From assembly GCA_012295275.1 (NCBI GenBank), contig CM022677.1, forward strand, positions 744,001 to 808,000: 64,000 nucleotides of DNA, in the 5' to 3' direction. Positions 38,731-54,214 of the stretch are shown one piece after another; within the stretch, counting starts at the first letter, position 1, and each line of letters begins with the position of its first letter. This stretch comes from Chrysomallon squamiferum. Lineage: Eukaryota > Animalia > Mollusca. Both the position numbers and the translations under genes were made by a program. The notes under the pieces were generated by a model that was given only the letters and a program-made list of their open reading frames with translations, did not search any database and was not told where the DNA came from.

Positions 38731-41700
38731 CAACACCTCAACAACAAAACAACACCCCACAAAAAACACCCACTACACAACACAAAGGTTACACGCAATA
38801 GCAACAACAACCACCACAACAACAGATCACTCCTTAAGAAAAACTGATACAAATAAAATCTGGCAAAGAAACAACAAAACAAACACTAGAAACGCTAAAG
38901 AAAGAAAACTCAGACGTGATGATTCAGAACATCACGATCTGGAACAACGAGGATTCTTTGGCTTCTTTCACAACACTAACTGCACCACGAGAGGAGGAGT
39001 GGCGACTTATGTCAGAAATGAACTATCCTACTCACGTATCCCACTAACCAATCACCACCCCAACATAGAGACACTTGGGATAACAATCCATGGCCAGGCT
39101 GAAGACATTAACGTTTTCAACTACTACACTCACCCAGGCAAAAATCACTACAACATAACACTAGAACACTACACTAAAAGCATTCCCTCTAAATATATCG
39201 ACAACTCCATCAAACTAGGGGACTTCAACAGCAGAAACCACCTATGGGGATCCTCTAGTACATGCAAACAGGGAACCATCATCAAAAATGTACGGATCTT
39301 AACAAACACATATGTCTGAACGATGGCACGCCAACCTTCCTATCAGACATACACAACACCTGGTCATGCCTTGATATCTCAACAGTGTCTGAAAAAATAG
39401 CCTCTAAATGTGAATGGACAGTCCTTAACAATCTCAATAGCGATCACCTACCAATACTAATCTCATACAACACTGAAAATAACTGGAAAGAGGTACCAAT
39501 AAACAAACACAAATGGAACTTCACGAAAGCCAACTGGACTGAATTTAAAAAGCAATGTCTGGAAACAGATCCCAAACTCATTCGAAGCAATAATATTGAC
39601 ACTTTTAACCAAAATTTAACTGGCTGAATAATTAGCATTGCCAATAAAACTATTCCAAATTCTAATTGTAAATACAAAAATAATTCAGTCCCTTGTGGAG
39701 TGAAGAACTAAAACTCCTTACAACGGCACACAACAAACATCGCAAAACATATCAAAAAAATAACTCAGCAACCAACCTCGCAAACCTCAAAATGAGTAAA
39801 AACAAAGTCTCACAAGCCGTGCTAAATGCAAAAAAAGAATCGTGGAAAACCTTCTGCACCTCTATCAACAAAAACACGTCTAGTAAGGAAATTTGGGCCA
39901 AAATTAAACGCATACAATGAAACCAATTAGCAAGAACACACTACTAGTCCGTAACAAAAACTTCCATACAAACAAAGAGAAAGCCGCTGCTCTGGGAGAT
40001 GTCTTTAAAAACAACTCGAGTACAAACAACTTTCCCCCCAAATTTAGAAAAAATTAAAAATAAATTAGAAACAGTCAACAAAATCCCACCTGACTCAAAA
40101 ATCTCAGGAACGAAATACAATATTCCCTTCACATCCAAGAAATGACAGCGGCTTTCTCCGACCGTAAAGGAACAGTCCCCGGGCCAGACAAATTCTTCTA
40201 CCTTTTATTTCAAAACATGCCCACAGACATGCTAAATCTATTTCTGGAACTCTATAATACTATCTGAAAGGAAGGATACCTTCCCCTCAAATGGAAGCAT
40301 GCTGAAGTCTTCAGCCTTCCAAAACAGGGTAAGGACATTTCCAACCCCTCCAACTATCGTCCTATCTCACTAACGTCCTGTGTCTGCAAAACCATGGAGG
40401 CTATGGTCAACACACGCTTAACACACCTTCCGAAATTTTTTTTAATAATTTCGACCTTTCAAAGTGGCTTCATAAAGAACCACTCCACAAGCGACCACAT
40501 AACCAGATTACAATCTGAAATCTCCGAATCTTTGTTTACTGGACAAAAAGTGGTAGGAGTGTTTGTTGACATAGGAAAAGCCTATGATATGGTCTGGAGA
40601 CATGGTCTTCTAATCAAAGTCTACAAAAGAGGCCCTATGTTCGGCTTTAGAGAAGCATTCTTGAAAAACAGATCCTTTACGGTCAATGTAGACGAAAACT
40701 TCTCAGACAGCTTGGATTTGGAGAATGGGATCCCCCAGGGTTCAGTTATCGCCCCTACTCTTTTTAGCATTTTTATTAATGACCTAGCACATACTCTAGC
40801 AACTAACTCGAAAACTGCAACTGATCTTAGTATAGGACTATTTGCGGATGACACAGCCTTTTGGCGTGCTGGAAACTGTTTTAAACGAATCAAAACAGAT
40901 ATGCAAAAAGACTTAAATAACTAACAAAAATGGGCGGAAACCTGGGGAGTCACTATCTCCCAATCCAAGACTGTCACCATAACCTTTGGGAGAAACGCTA
41001 ACAAGAAACATAATATAATAGACCTACATTACAACAACACAAAAATCCCACAAGTAAACGCAGTCAAAATTCCTGGGAGTCACCTTCGACAGGTGTCTTA
41101 CCTTCAAACATCACATCACCAACACACTCAACACATGCACAAAATACATGAATTTACTGAAAGTGCTTTCGAACGCCAAATGGGGAGCTGACAGAAAATC
41201 TCTCTTGATGGTGTTCGAAGCACTAGTAGTGTCAAGACTCCAGTATGGGTCCCAGGCGTTCAGCGTGTGTCTGAATACCAACTAAACCGACTAGACACGG
41301 TATACAACAAGGCACTAAGAATTGTTGCCAGGGTCTTCCCAGGCACACCGACGGACAGTCTGTTTGTGGAACTAAACATGCTACCGCTGAAAATCCGACG
41401 CAGCACACAGAGTCTCAAACACTGGTTCAAAATCAAAAATCTAATCCCCACCCATCCTTTAAACACAATAATCCCAAACAGCCTACCCTACATCAACGAC
41501 AGAGAAGCATCACTTAACATCACACAGACAGCAAACAGACTAAACCTAGTGGACCTAGAACTCGAAAACAACCCTCCACCCTTAGAACCCCGATGGACAA
41601 TAAAACAACTAGACATACCTCTAACGCTTAGACAGGAAGTATCGAAGACGGAACACGACCCATTTAAAAACGTAATTTTTAGAGCAGCATTAAGCGACCA

Positions 41701-42704
41701 CTACTCGGACTTCATACAGGTCTATACAGACGGCTCCAAAGACCCTCTCACGGGAAGAACAGGCATGGCCTTTCATGTCAGGCCGGAACTACCCGACCCA
41801 CCCTTCAGCTACAGAGGTAGACTGCCTAACAATCTATTCATCTTTACTACGGAAGTAATTGCTATTCTCTCAGCACTTAAATGGATCCAAACTGAAACTT
41901 ATGTCACAAACACGAAAAAGAAATACCTCATACTGACTGACTCCCTCAGCTCATTGCAAGCTCTGCACAAACTCAAATTCAGCAGCTCCCAGTACATTAG
42001 AGAGATTATCGAACTCACAAACTATATCAACTACAGAGGACACAAGGTCACCTTCGAGTGCGTACCCGCTCACGTGGGTGTTACTGGAAATGAGCTGACA
42101 GACAAAACCGCAAAACACTCGCTAGAAGACGACACGATCGACTTTGACTCTAAATACAACGTTAACGAAATCATGACCATAGCGCACAATAAGCTAATAG
42201 AATCGTGGCAACAAGACTGGGACAACAAAACTAGACTATGGCATTACATAATTAAACCGAAAGTAAACTCGCCCAGCCCACTCTCAGACAACAACAAAAC
42301 AACTCAAACTTTAACCCGTCTCAGAGTGGGAGTGACCTTCGGACTAAACGACAGCAGACACAGACTCGATAACACTGTGAGTAACAAGTTCGGCACATGC
42401 CATAAACTGGACAATGTCAGACACTATCTGTTCTATTGCACGAAGTACGACAAGGACAGACGCAAACTAAACACAGCTTTAACAAACATCAAAGTCAGAT
42501 TTACTCCAGTTGACATTTTCAACCCTCCCAAACACTTAAAAAAACAAGTAGACAACCTCACAATGCGATACGTGGAAGTAACAAAAATCAAAATATAAAC
42601 ACAGAGACAATTTCATAAAATACTACATAAAATAAACATATCCCTATCTAACCCCAGAACCAACTGGTAACCTCCCTTTCGACAGATTTGCGGCCAAACA
42701 ACTC

Positions 42705-43320
42705 CAAAAACATACAACAACGCGACACTAACAACAACAAAAACATACAACAACGCGACGCTAACAACAAAAACATACAACAACGCGACGCGAACAACAA
42801 CAAAAACATACAACAACGCGACGCTAACAACAACAAAAACATACAACAACGCGACGCTAACAACAAAAACATACAACAACGCGACGCTAACAACAACAAA
42901 AACATACAACAACGCGACGCTAACAACAAAAACATACAACAACGCGACACTAACAACAACAAAAACATACAACAACGCGACGCTAACAACAAAAACATAC
43001 AACAACGCGACGCTAACAACAACAAAAACATACAACAGCGCGACGCTAACAACAACAAAAACATACAACAACGCGACGCTAACAACAACAAAATCATACA
43101 ACAACGCGACGCTAACAACAACAAAATCATACAACAACGCGACGCTAACAACAACAAAAACATACAACAACGCGACGCTAACAACAACAAAAACATACAA
43201 CGCGACGCTAACAACAACAAAAACATACAACGCGACGCTAACAACAACAAAATCATACAACAACGCGACGCTAACAACAACAAAAACATACAACAACGCG
43301 ACGCTAACAACAACAAAAAC
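42705..43320 (+). repeat. 33/30-bp minisatellite, 19 units, in the LINE-A 3' UTR
   Basis: AACATACAACAACGCGACGCTAACAACAACAAA units; ORF 42688..43386. Confidence 0.97.
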
Positions 43321-44256
43321 GTGCCCGACACGATGACACAACGAGTTTGTTTAGTTGTTTTTTCTCCTTCTTTCCTCTCTCTCTAGTTATATAATAGTAA
43401 AAACTAAGTAAATAAATAAACAAATAAATAAATATAAATAAATAAAACCCCTCAAACAATGCCCAATATATATGTATATATGTGTATGTGTATGTGTATG
43501 TATGTATATAGGTATATATATCTATATATGTGTATATGTATGTATGTGTGTAGGTGTGTATATATGTATATCTACTGCACCCTTTTGCATCTTATTAACT
43601 AAAAACCACTCAAAGGTTTATTCCAAATTGCCCACTTCAAATGCACCTTCACCGTCCCCTTCCCCTCTCCTGTCCCGGAACCCATCCCTGGCGATCCCAG
43701 AGATCGGATCCATGATAGGCGTGCCTGAACCTTGAATTGGACGTAGGCACGTAAAAAGAGTTTTCCATCATTCCATTCTTTGATCAGTGCCCTTCTTGAG
43801 AGTCTTTCTCTGTACAAGATAAAGGAAAACGCAGAAAATGGTAATTATGGTTTAATGTTTTGTATATGTAACGTACATCTTGAATGATTGAAGATAGGTA
43901 AATCTAATACTGTTGAATTTTTCATAGTGATATTCTTTTTTAAATTAGCATAGACTAATAATACTGACAGCAAGAAAACAATATCGTATAAAAATACAGT
44001 TATTGATACACCAAATTCTGTTTTCGGTTAATGCAAAGTCTCACAAAAGACTGAGGACCCACATTATGCCGTTTTCGAACCGTACAGCACATAATAATGA
44101 TATATTTATTTGCAATCCTATTGATAATATATTATATAGAAATGTTTCTATATATTTTATATCAAAACTGACATTATTTATAAATACTCTTGTAAAGTAG
44201 AGTCATACAATTTTTTCTTTTTAATTTCATTTTCTTGTATTCATTTTGTTACATAT

Positions 44257-44295
<39 letters not shown>

Positions 44296-44315
44296 TCTAT
44301 TTGGCACATATTAAG

Positions 44316-44413
44316 ATGGAGAGATACCAGATCTGGAAAACACAAAAGTTGTAATTCTCTCGCAGCCCAGCAGACGATATACACATGATGTTGCCATGAT
44401 ATCAGAACTTCTT
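44316..44413 (+). pseudogene. LigB-type gene exon remnant (GEIPDLENTKVVILSQPSRRYTHDVAMISELL)
   Basis: Translation by eye; overlaps in sequence with 873-927. Confidence 0.55.
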
Positions 44414-46720
44414 ATCAGCAATTTTTTTTTTTTTTTTTTGACTTTATCAATATTTTGTAACAACTTTAATGTGCTGGAATGTCTGTATAGAATGTCTTCA
44501 ATTCCTGCGTAGTTTAAAAAAAGAAAGAAAACAGTATCTGGGTGTTTTTTCCCACTCTGTTTGCAGTCTTATTAGTAACTGTATATACTAACAGTTAGTT
44601 ATTTACTACCAAATTTCTGTCATAATGTTGATATAGTGTCACGGAATTCAGATTGCTTAACTTTAATTGTTACTTCAAATCACATCCGCTCTTTTATTTT
44701 GAGCTATGGAATTGAAGTTGCTTAACTTTAATTATTACTACAATCACATCGCTCTTTTTCTTGTTTCAGCAAATTTTTCAACTCCATGGCGTAGTTATTA
44801 AAAAAGGCTGGCTTTTAGTAATTAAGTAGAGAAGTAAGCGAAGGAAACGGTGAAAACGAGAATTCAGTCAGGCGGGGAAACCAAATGTTTTCCAATGACA
44901 TTTTCTTTACGGACGAGTATGGTAAGCAATTGTCTATTCTTATTTTGATAGGGTGTAATGTGCAATTAATCTCTATCAATAAAATTTAATGTTTTAATCT
45001 GTCCTCCGTGCAGATTCTTATTTTGTCTTGGTTCCCTTTATATCCTTACTCGTATCATTAATCAAAATGATTTACACGTATGTTTTATAATGTATTATTA
45101 TCAAGTCACCTGTATATCATAATTAAATAATTAATGTAAATCTTAACTTGTATACAGTATAGTGGATAGGTAGACTTATTGATTTATATAGTTTGCTGTT
45201 ATTTTAGCGTTTATATTCTTTGTTAGATGGCCACTAAAGCACCTTGTTACCCTAGACTGAGCCTTAATAAAACATCCAAGGTGTTTAAAGGTGTGAGCCC
45301 CGTGACAGTCGTCTCTTTATAACACTCCACAGTGAACCATCATAACACATTTCTGAACAGCTGTATTTAAACATACTCTAATTAATACGCATTGTAAAAT
45401 TACCCGATTTATACCATCAGCCAGTTTCATTCATCTGCAGTCATAAGGCGAACCAGTTTTCATTTTGTGTCGTATTTCATGAGTAAAGTTTGTATTTTCT
45501 ATGTAGCTATATTTAAAAAAAAGTAAAATAAAAAAACTTTCACTGCTATTCAGCTTGGTACGGTGTGACAACCTGATTAGTGCCTCTTTGGCAGACTTGT
45601 TTTTAATTGCAATTTTGTTTTCTTTGTAGTGAATTATAGAATATTCACTAAATCTTTATTTTTATATGCCCATTAAAGCAGAATGTCTCCTACATTTTAT
45701 CTTAAATATCTTATTATATTACGATAATATTTATTTAGCTATCTTGTATACTCATGTTTATAATTTATATTTTTACAGTCGTTAACTGTTTGCCTAATTA
45801 ATGACAGAAAATGGGGTTAAATACACAAAAACTAAATAGCAGAGCGTATGCAGATATACACGGGCTATTAAGAAGCTGTTTTATATAATTAGGGGAAGTT
45901 CCGTTATTTAATAAACTAAGAAACACTGGGGTTTAAGTAACTGAAAATTGGTATTGAAAGCTTCAAAGTAAATTCAGAAAGGCTATCTGCAGAGCTGTAG
46001 CTATGGGTGTATAAGTAGCGGCACGCGTTTTGAACGACATCTCTTTGATCAGTCAGAGTCTCTCCTTTTTTTCGTGAGATTCGCTCGGTCAGATTCGCTC
46101 AGATTCGCTTCAAAGTTTCCGTTTTACTACACAAGGAATAATTGTTGAATTTTCTCACTTGGGATTGCCTTTCATTTATTCTTGCAAATTCGTTCCATTT
46201 GTGTGCACTTGATACGAATACTTGGGAAAAGCGCTCTTAGGATTACGTTATACACGATCGCCAAACAGCAAAAGTAATTGAGATCTGACCAATCAACGAC
46301 GAACTAGCTTCAGCCAGTAGAAATCCAGTCTCAACAACAACCTGTCGACCAAGCAAATTCGAGATATCTCCAACCAATCAGAATCCACAGTCCCAACAGC
46401 AACCCGACGAGGGAAGGAACAAACATTACTGCCAGCAATCGGGGATTATTTGTTTATCTGTTAAATTTCCCAAATTAGGATTCCACTTCAAATTCGAGCT
46501 TAGAACATTCGACATCAAATTTGGTAAGAAAAGGAATCCTATCCTCCCAGCACGTCATAATCACTTTCCTAGCTCGAAACTTTAAAACTCCCTCTTATCT
46601 CTCCATCTATCAACCTCAAACCCTCTCCCCCAGTGCTAATTTAAATAGATAACTTTGTTTATTGCTCTTTTTCTGTAGTGTCATTACTGTTGAAATTTTA
46701 ATTATATTGAATATTTAATT

Positions 46721-46755
<35 letters not shown>

Positions 46756-48332
46756 GTGATGTAATACCCCCTGAAATGCTAACTATACACGTGCCTCTAT
46801 GGAATGAACTTTTTTCTTTGTTATTTGTTTCTCTTCATATTTTTATGATATCCAAGACATGAAGCTCTGTGACAGTCACTTGTTAGCGACAGGACAGACA
46901 CAGTTTAGTGAATATCAGAAAATAGTTACAACAGACGACAACGTACAAATAACCGCATTACAGCGTCTGCATTGATACTACTACCGATCCAACAACGACA
47001 ACAACCTCAACCATAACAACAGCAAGAACTACTACAACTATTATTGAAATTACCGCCTCTACTACTAATTCCGCAATTACTGCTACTAACACTGCTTGAT
47101 ACTTCTAATAATAATAAAAGTAGTAGTAGTAATAATAATAACAATAATATATGTATGTATGTATGTATGTTTGTATGTATGTATGCATGTATGCATGTGT
47201 TATTTTATTCTAGTACAGACAAAATGGTTATTGGTAATTTCAATTGTTTTGCGAAGGAGTTTGACTTTTCATATAATTTAAAATTTCACTGCTACCTCTT
47301 TTTCTTTCCTTCATCCATTGATATAAAAGAGAATAAAATTAAATTAAAAATATAATAATAAATATTAATGAAAATAAAAATAAATGTAATAATAGTAAAG
47401 AAATAATAGAAACAGAAATAAAAATAGAGGGAAAAAATGAAGAAGAAACGTACAGAAATTCTGATGACAAGGAAACATAGGGGAAATGAAAATAATAAAA
47501 CAATTAATAATAAATTACAAAAAAAAAAAAAAGACTGCAAACAAGTCAAGATGATAATGGAAATGGTTTGGGCGAAATTAGTTAAATATTTTATATTGAC
47601 TTTTCAGTAAAAGTTCTTAATATCTTTTGAAGAAGAGGAAGTAGCTAATAAAAATAAGTTTTTTTTTTTTTTTACGTTCATAACATTTGAGTCGACTTGC
47701 ATATATTGTTAGACTTTCCCCTGATGCAGTGAATTCATTTATTGACTTTTATTTCAAGTTCTAAAAATGTATATTTATGGAAAGAATGTAGAGAATGTAC
47801 GGAAAAGAGAATACTGAAATAAAGAAAGAATGAAAGAAAGAATGAAAGACAGACAGAATGAAAGGTAGAAAGATAAAAAGAAACAATAAATATATCGTAG
47901 AATTGAAAAAAAAAAGTTAATTATGTTAACTTAAAAAAGTTGATTTTAATGTAATAATAGTATTGATGATGATAATAATAATGACGATGATGATCATGTT
48001 GATAAACAATTAATAGTATTCTAACATGCCTGTTTGACATCCATTTAAGAAATGAGCCAGTTCACTGCCAAGTCAACCAAATAACAGCTAGAGTAGACAC
48101 ACAGTTTTAGTGTTGGGTGATAAAGAGTTGTCTGCTTCACGGATCACTAAACACGTGAAGAACCTCACTGATTATTAATTTCGTGCGTCGACAATTATTT
48201 CAAATGTCGTGCATGATTTCATCTGCGTTTGCGTGTGTTTTCGTATTAAACAAAAAATGATGCCAGACAATAACTAACAACAACATCAACAACAGCAGAA
48301 GCAACAACAACAACAACAACGGCAACAAGACC

Positions 48333-48387
<55 letters not shown>

Positions 48388-51300
48388 GTAATAATAATAT
48401 TCATTAAGATGATCAAGACGATTATGATAAATTCAGAAACAAAAATAAATTAATAATGAATAAATAAATAAATCAATAAATAAATTAAATAAATAAAATA
48501 AAAAATACAATGTAAACGATGGGACATCAGTCTTTTCCGAATGTTTGGCAATCACCAAGTTCAGTAGAGTTGTCTACCCTAAATAAAGACAGTCCATTGC
48601 TCTCCTTTTCAAAGAATCAAATAAATAAGTATACACACAATAACAGTCCTAATAACGATTAATATTTGCAGTTTCATTTCAGTGGATAAACAATCATTAG
48701 TTAAAATGCTCCGTATCACAGCTTAGTGGTTTTTTTCTACATTTTGTCGACGTTTATATCGTAAATACTTTTTTGGTATCTAAATAAACGTTATTTAAAA
48801 CACTACATTAAGCAAGACTGCACAGATATGTACTTAGCCAGAGAGGGTTACGAGATTTTACTTGAAACGGTATGACTTTTTTTGGGGGGAGGGGGTTGAA
48901 ATATTTATCATGTTATGAAATGAATTATGAAATAAGCCTCAGTCTGTGGTGGTTTTTAGAATGTTGACAAGTTAATCGAATGCAACAGAAAGAAAAGTGG
49001 CATGATACTGTGGACAATTAAACTATATTTTTTCCGTTTATTTATCCGCCCATCCTTCTGTCATCCATACACCCATCCATCAGTCACTCTCAGTCTGTCT
49101 TGGTGTGTATGTGTCTGTGTGTGTGTCTGTCTGTCCATCTATCTATCTCTCTCTCGCTCTCTATCTATCTATCTATCTATCTCTCTATTTACCTATTTGT
49201 CTATCTCTCTGTATGTCACTCTATCTGTCTATCTATCTGACTTTCAGTCTGTGTATTTCTGTCTTTCTCTCTGTCAGTCTTTCTGTCTGTCAGTCTTTCT
49301 GTCTGTCTGTCTATCTATCTATTCATCTATCAAATCTGTCTCCAACTATTCTAATCTGTCTATCAAACCTCTGATACATGATAAATTTTGCAGTTTCGTT
49401 CACAATGATGAACCTATTCTTCAAGACAGAGATTTCAAATTCTCGTCAGCAAAACTTTCTGTTTTCATTTAGCTCGTGGAAAGATAAAGCTAAAAGTTTA
49501 ATTTACTTTAGCTGCAAACAGATCTTCCCAGGCGGTTTATCTTTTACATTTTCCGTCTTCTTCCAACAGTCCGTCTCGCGACTGTTGGACGACACATTAT
49601 TCCACACCCGGCTGTCTGATGAGATCACCTTCGTCAGGGCCGAGTCGGACAGCTCACTCATCAAACTGGGTACGAGCATGGAACTGATGCCCAACCCCAC
49701 AGAGTGTCAAAAGGTGTGTGTCACACTAGAGAGGTGTACAAAGGAACCTCATGAAAGGAGAGGACCCACACCCGCAAAACCCACAAATCCCGATAACCCC
49801 ATCGAACAGGCTTACTCGCAGGACAAAACAAGTAGCCAAGCCATCCATAGACAAATGGACAAGACGGTGGCTTACGGCACCTGGGGGATACACTTTCAGT
49901 GCAGAACCCCTAAAACAGACAAACATAAAAAAACAAAAACAAAAAAGAAACAGAAACTAGTCACGGAAACAACAAAACAGACACCAAACAGAAACGATTT
50001 CTTAGCAACACCAACCAAAACAAATCCGACCACACAGAGACAAAAATACAAGCACCGACATGACAGCCCCACGAAACAAACTCCCCAACACTCACCCAAA
50101 GTAGTAATCAACACAGAGACAGAAATACAAGCACCGACATGACAACCCCACGAAACAAACTCACCAACACCCCCCCAAAGTAGTAATCAACACAGAGACA
50201 GAAATACAAGCACCGACATGACAACCCCACGAAACAAACTCACCAACGCTCCCCCAAACTCAACACCTCAACAACAAAACAACACCCCACAAAAAAACAC
50301 CCACTACACAACACAAAGGTTACACGCAATAGCAACAACAACCACCACAACAACAGATCACTCCTTAAGAAAACTGATACAAATAAAATCTGGCAAAGAA
50401 ACAACAAAACAAACACTAGAAACGCTAAAGAAAGAAAACTCAGACGTGATGATTCAGAACATCACGATCTGGAACAACGAGGATTCTTTGGCTTCTTTCA
50501 CAACACTAACTGCACCACGAGAGGAGGAGTGGCGACTTATGTCAGAAATGAACTATCCTACTCACGTATCCCACTAACCAATCACCACCCCAACATAGAG
50601 ACACTTGGGATAACAATCCATGGCCAGGCTGAAGACATTAACGTTTTCAACTACTACACTCACCCAGACAAAAATCACTACAACATAACACTAGAACACT
50701 ACACTAAAAGCATTCCCTCTAAATATATCGACAAGTCCATCAAACTAGGGGACTTCAACAGCAGAAACCACCTATGGGGATCCTCTAGTACATGCAAACA
50801 GGGAACCATCATCAAAAATGTACGGATCTTAACAAACACATATGTCTGAACGATGGCACGCCAACCTTCCTATCAGACATACACAACACCTGGTCATGCC
50901 TTGATATCTCAACAGTGTCTGAAAAAATAGCCTCTAAATGTGAATGGACAGTCCTTAACAATCTCAATAGCGATCACCTACCAATACTAATCTCATACAA
51001 CACTGAAAATAACTGGAAAGAGGTACCAATAAACAAACACAAATGGAACTTCACGAAAGCCAACTGGACTGAATTTAAAAAGCAATGTCTGGAAACAGAT
51101 CCCAAACTCATTCGAAGCAATAATATTGACACTTTTAACCAAAATTTAACTGACAGAATAATTAGCATTGCCAATAAAACTATTCCAAATTCTAATTGTA
51201 AATACAAAAATAATTCAGTCCCTTGGTGGAGTGAAGAACTAAAACTCCTTACAAAAGGCACGCAACAAAGATCGCAAAACATACCAAAAAAATAACTCAG

Positions 51301-54214
51301 CAACCAACCTCGCAAACCTCAAAATTAGTAAAAACAAAGTCTCACAAGCCGTGCTAAATGCAAAAAAAGAATCGTGGAAAACCTTCTGCACCTCTATCAA
51401 CAAAAACACGTCTAGTAAGGAAATTTGGGCCAAAATTAAACGCATACAAGGGAAACCAATTAGAAAGAACACACTACTAGTCCGTAACAAAAACTTCCAT
51501 ACAAACAAAGAGAAGCCGCTGCTCTGGGAGATGTCTTTAAAAACAACTCGAGTACAAACAACTTTCCCCCCAAATTTCGAAAAATTAAAAATAAATTAGA
51601 AACAGTCAACAAAATCCAACCTGACTCAGAAACCTCAGGAACGAAATACAATATTCCCTTCACACTCCAAGAAATGACAGCGGCCTTCTCCGACCGTAAA
51701 GGAACAGTCCCCGGGCCAGACAAATTCTCCTACCTTTTCTTTCAAAACATGCCTACAGACATGCTAAATCTATTTCTGGAACTCTATAACACTATCTGGA
51801 AGGAAGGATACCTTCCACTCAAATGGAAGCATGCTGAAGTCTTCAGCCTTCCAAAACAGGGTAAGGACCTTTCCAACCCCTCCAACTATCGTCCTATCTC
51901 ACTAACGTCCTGTGTCTGCAAAACCATGGAGGCTATGGTCAACACACGCTTAACACACCTTCTGGAAAAAAAAAACTAATTTCGACCTTTCAAAGTGGCT
52001 TCAGAAAGAACCACTCCACAAGGGACCACAGAACCAGATTACAATCTGAAATCTCCGAATCTTTGTTTACTGGACAAAAAGTGGTAGGAGTGTTTGTTGA
52101 CATAGAAAAAGCCTATGATATGGTCTGGAAACATGGTCTTCTAAACAAAGTCTACAACATGGGCATAAGAGGCCCTATGTTTGGCTTTATAGAAGCATTC
52201 TTGAAAAACAGATCCTTTACGGTCAATGTAGACGAAAACTTCTCGGACAGCTTGGATTTGGAGAGTGGGATCCTCCAGGGTTCAGTTATCGCCCCTACTC
52301 TTCTTAGCATTTTTATTAATGACCTAGCACATACTGTAGCTACTAACTCGAAAACCGCAACTAAGTTTAGTACAAGACTATTTGCGGATGATACAGCCTT
52401 TTAGCTTGCTGGAAACTGTCTTAAACAAATCAAAACAGAAATGCAAAAAGACTTAAATAACTAACAAAAATGGGCGGAAACCTGGGGAGTCACTGTCACC
52501 ATAACCTTTGGGAGAAACGCTAACAAGAAACACAATAAGATAGACCTACATCACAACAACACAAAAAGCCAACAAGTAAACGCAGTCAAATTCCTGGGAG
52601 TCACATTCGACAGGTGCCTTACCTTCAAACAACACATCACCAACACGCTCAACACATGCACAAAATACATGAATTTACTGAAAGTGCTTTCGAACGCCAA
52701 ATGGGGAGCTGACAGAAAATCTCTTGATGGTGTTCGAAGCACTAGTAGTGTGAAGACTCCAGTATGGGTCCCAGGCGTTCAGCGGTGTGTCTGAATACCA
52801 ACTAAACCGACTGGACACGGTACACAACAAGGCACTAAGAATTGTTGCCAGGGTCTTCCCAGACACACCGACGGACAGTCTGTTTGTGGAACTGAACATG
52901 CTACCGCTGCGAATCCGACGCAGCACACAGTCTCAAACACTGGTTCAAAATCAAAAATCTAATCCCCACCCATCCTATAAACACAGTAATCCCAAACAGC
53001 CTACCCTACATCAACGACAGAGAAGCATCACTTAACATCACACACAGGACAGCAAACAGACTAAACCTACTGGACCTAGAACTCGAAAACAACCCTCCAC
53101 CCTTAGAACCCCCATGGACAATAAAACAACTAGACATACCTCTAACGCTTAGACAGGAAGTATCGAAGACGGAACACGACCCATTTAAAAACGTAATTTT
53201 TAGAGCAGCATTAAGCGACCACTACTCGGACTTCATACAGGTCTATACAGACGGCTCCAAAGACCCTCTCACGGGAAGAACAGGCATGGCCTTTCATCTT
53301 AGACCGGAACTACCCGACCAACCCTTCAACTACAGAGGTAGACTGACCAACAACCTATCCGTCTTTACTACGGAACTAATAGCTATTCTCTCAGCACTTA
53401 AATGGGTCCTAAGTCACAAACACGAAAAAGAAATACCTCATACTCACTGACTCCCTCAGCTCATTGCAAGCTCTGTACAAACTCAAATTCAGCAGCTCCC
53501 AGTACATTAGAGAGATTATCGACATCACAAACTGTATCAACTACAGAGGACACAAGGTCACCTTCGAGTGGGTACCCGCTCACGTGGGTGTTACTGGAAT
53601 CGAGCTGGCAGACAAAAAAGCAAAACACTCGCTAGAAGACGACACGATCGACTTTGACTCTAAATACAACGTTAACGAAATCATGACCATAGCGCACAAT
53701 AAGCTAACAGAATCGTGGCAACAAGACTGGGACAACAAAACTAGACTATGGCACTACATAATTAAACCGAAAGTAAACTCGCCCAGCCCACTCTCAGACA
53801 ACAACAAAACAACTCAAACTTTAACCCGTCTCAGAGTGGGAGTGACCTTCGGACTAAACGACAGCAGACACAGACTCGACAACACTGTGAGTAAAAAGTG
53901 CGGCACATGCCATAAACTGGACAATGTCAGACACTATCTGTTCTATTGCACGAAGTACGACAAGGACAGACGCAAACTAAACACAACTTTAACAAACATG
54001 AAAGTCAGATTTACTCCAGTTGACATTTTCAACTCTCCCAAACACTTAAAAAAACAAGTAGACAACCTCATAATGCGATACGTGGAAGCAATAAAAATCA
54101 AAATATAAACACACAGACAATTTCATAAAATACTACATAAAATAAACATATCCCTATCTAACCCCAGAACCAACTGGTAACCTCCCTTCGACAGATTTGC
54201 GGCCAAACAACTCC

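Larger units (their letters stand above)
34517..43776 (+). mobile_element. I-group LINE family A, TSD-bounded copy (TSD TCTTTGATCAGT at 34505-34516 and 43777-43788), with internal insertion and deletion
   Basis: APE, RT (YRPISLTSC, DIGKAYD, GIPQGSVIAP, FADD), RNase H (VYTDGSK, ILTDSLS, VPAHVGVTGNE) and CCHC, ORF2 remains ~38950-42598; 3' stem CGTGCCT/AGGCACG and TCCA tail. Confidence 0.93.
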
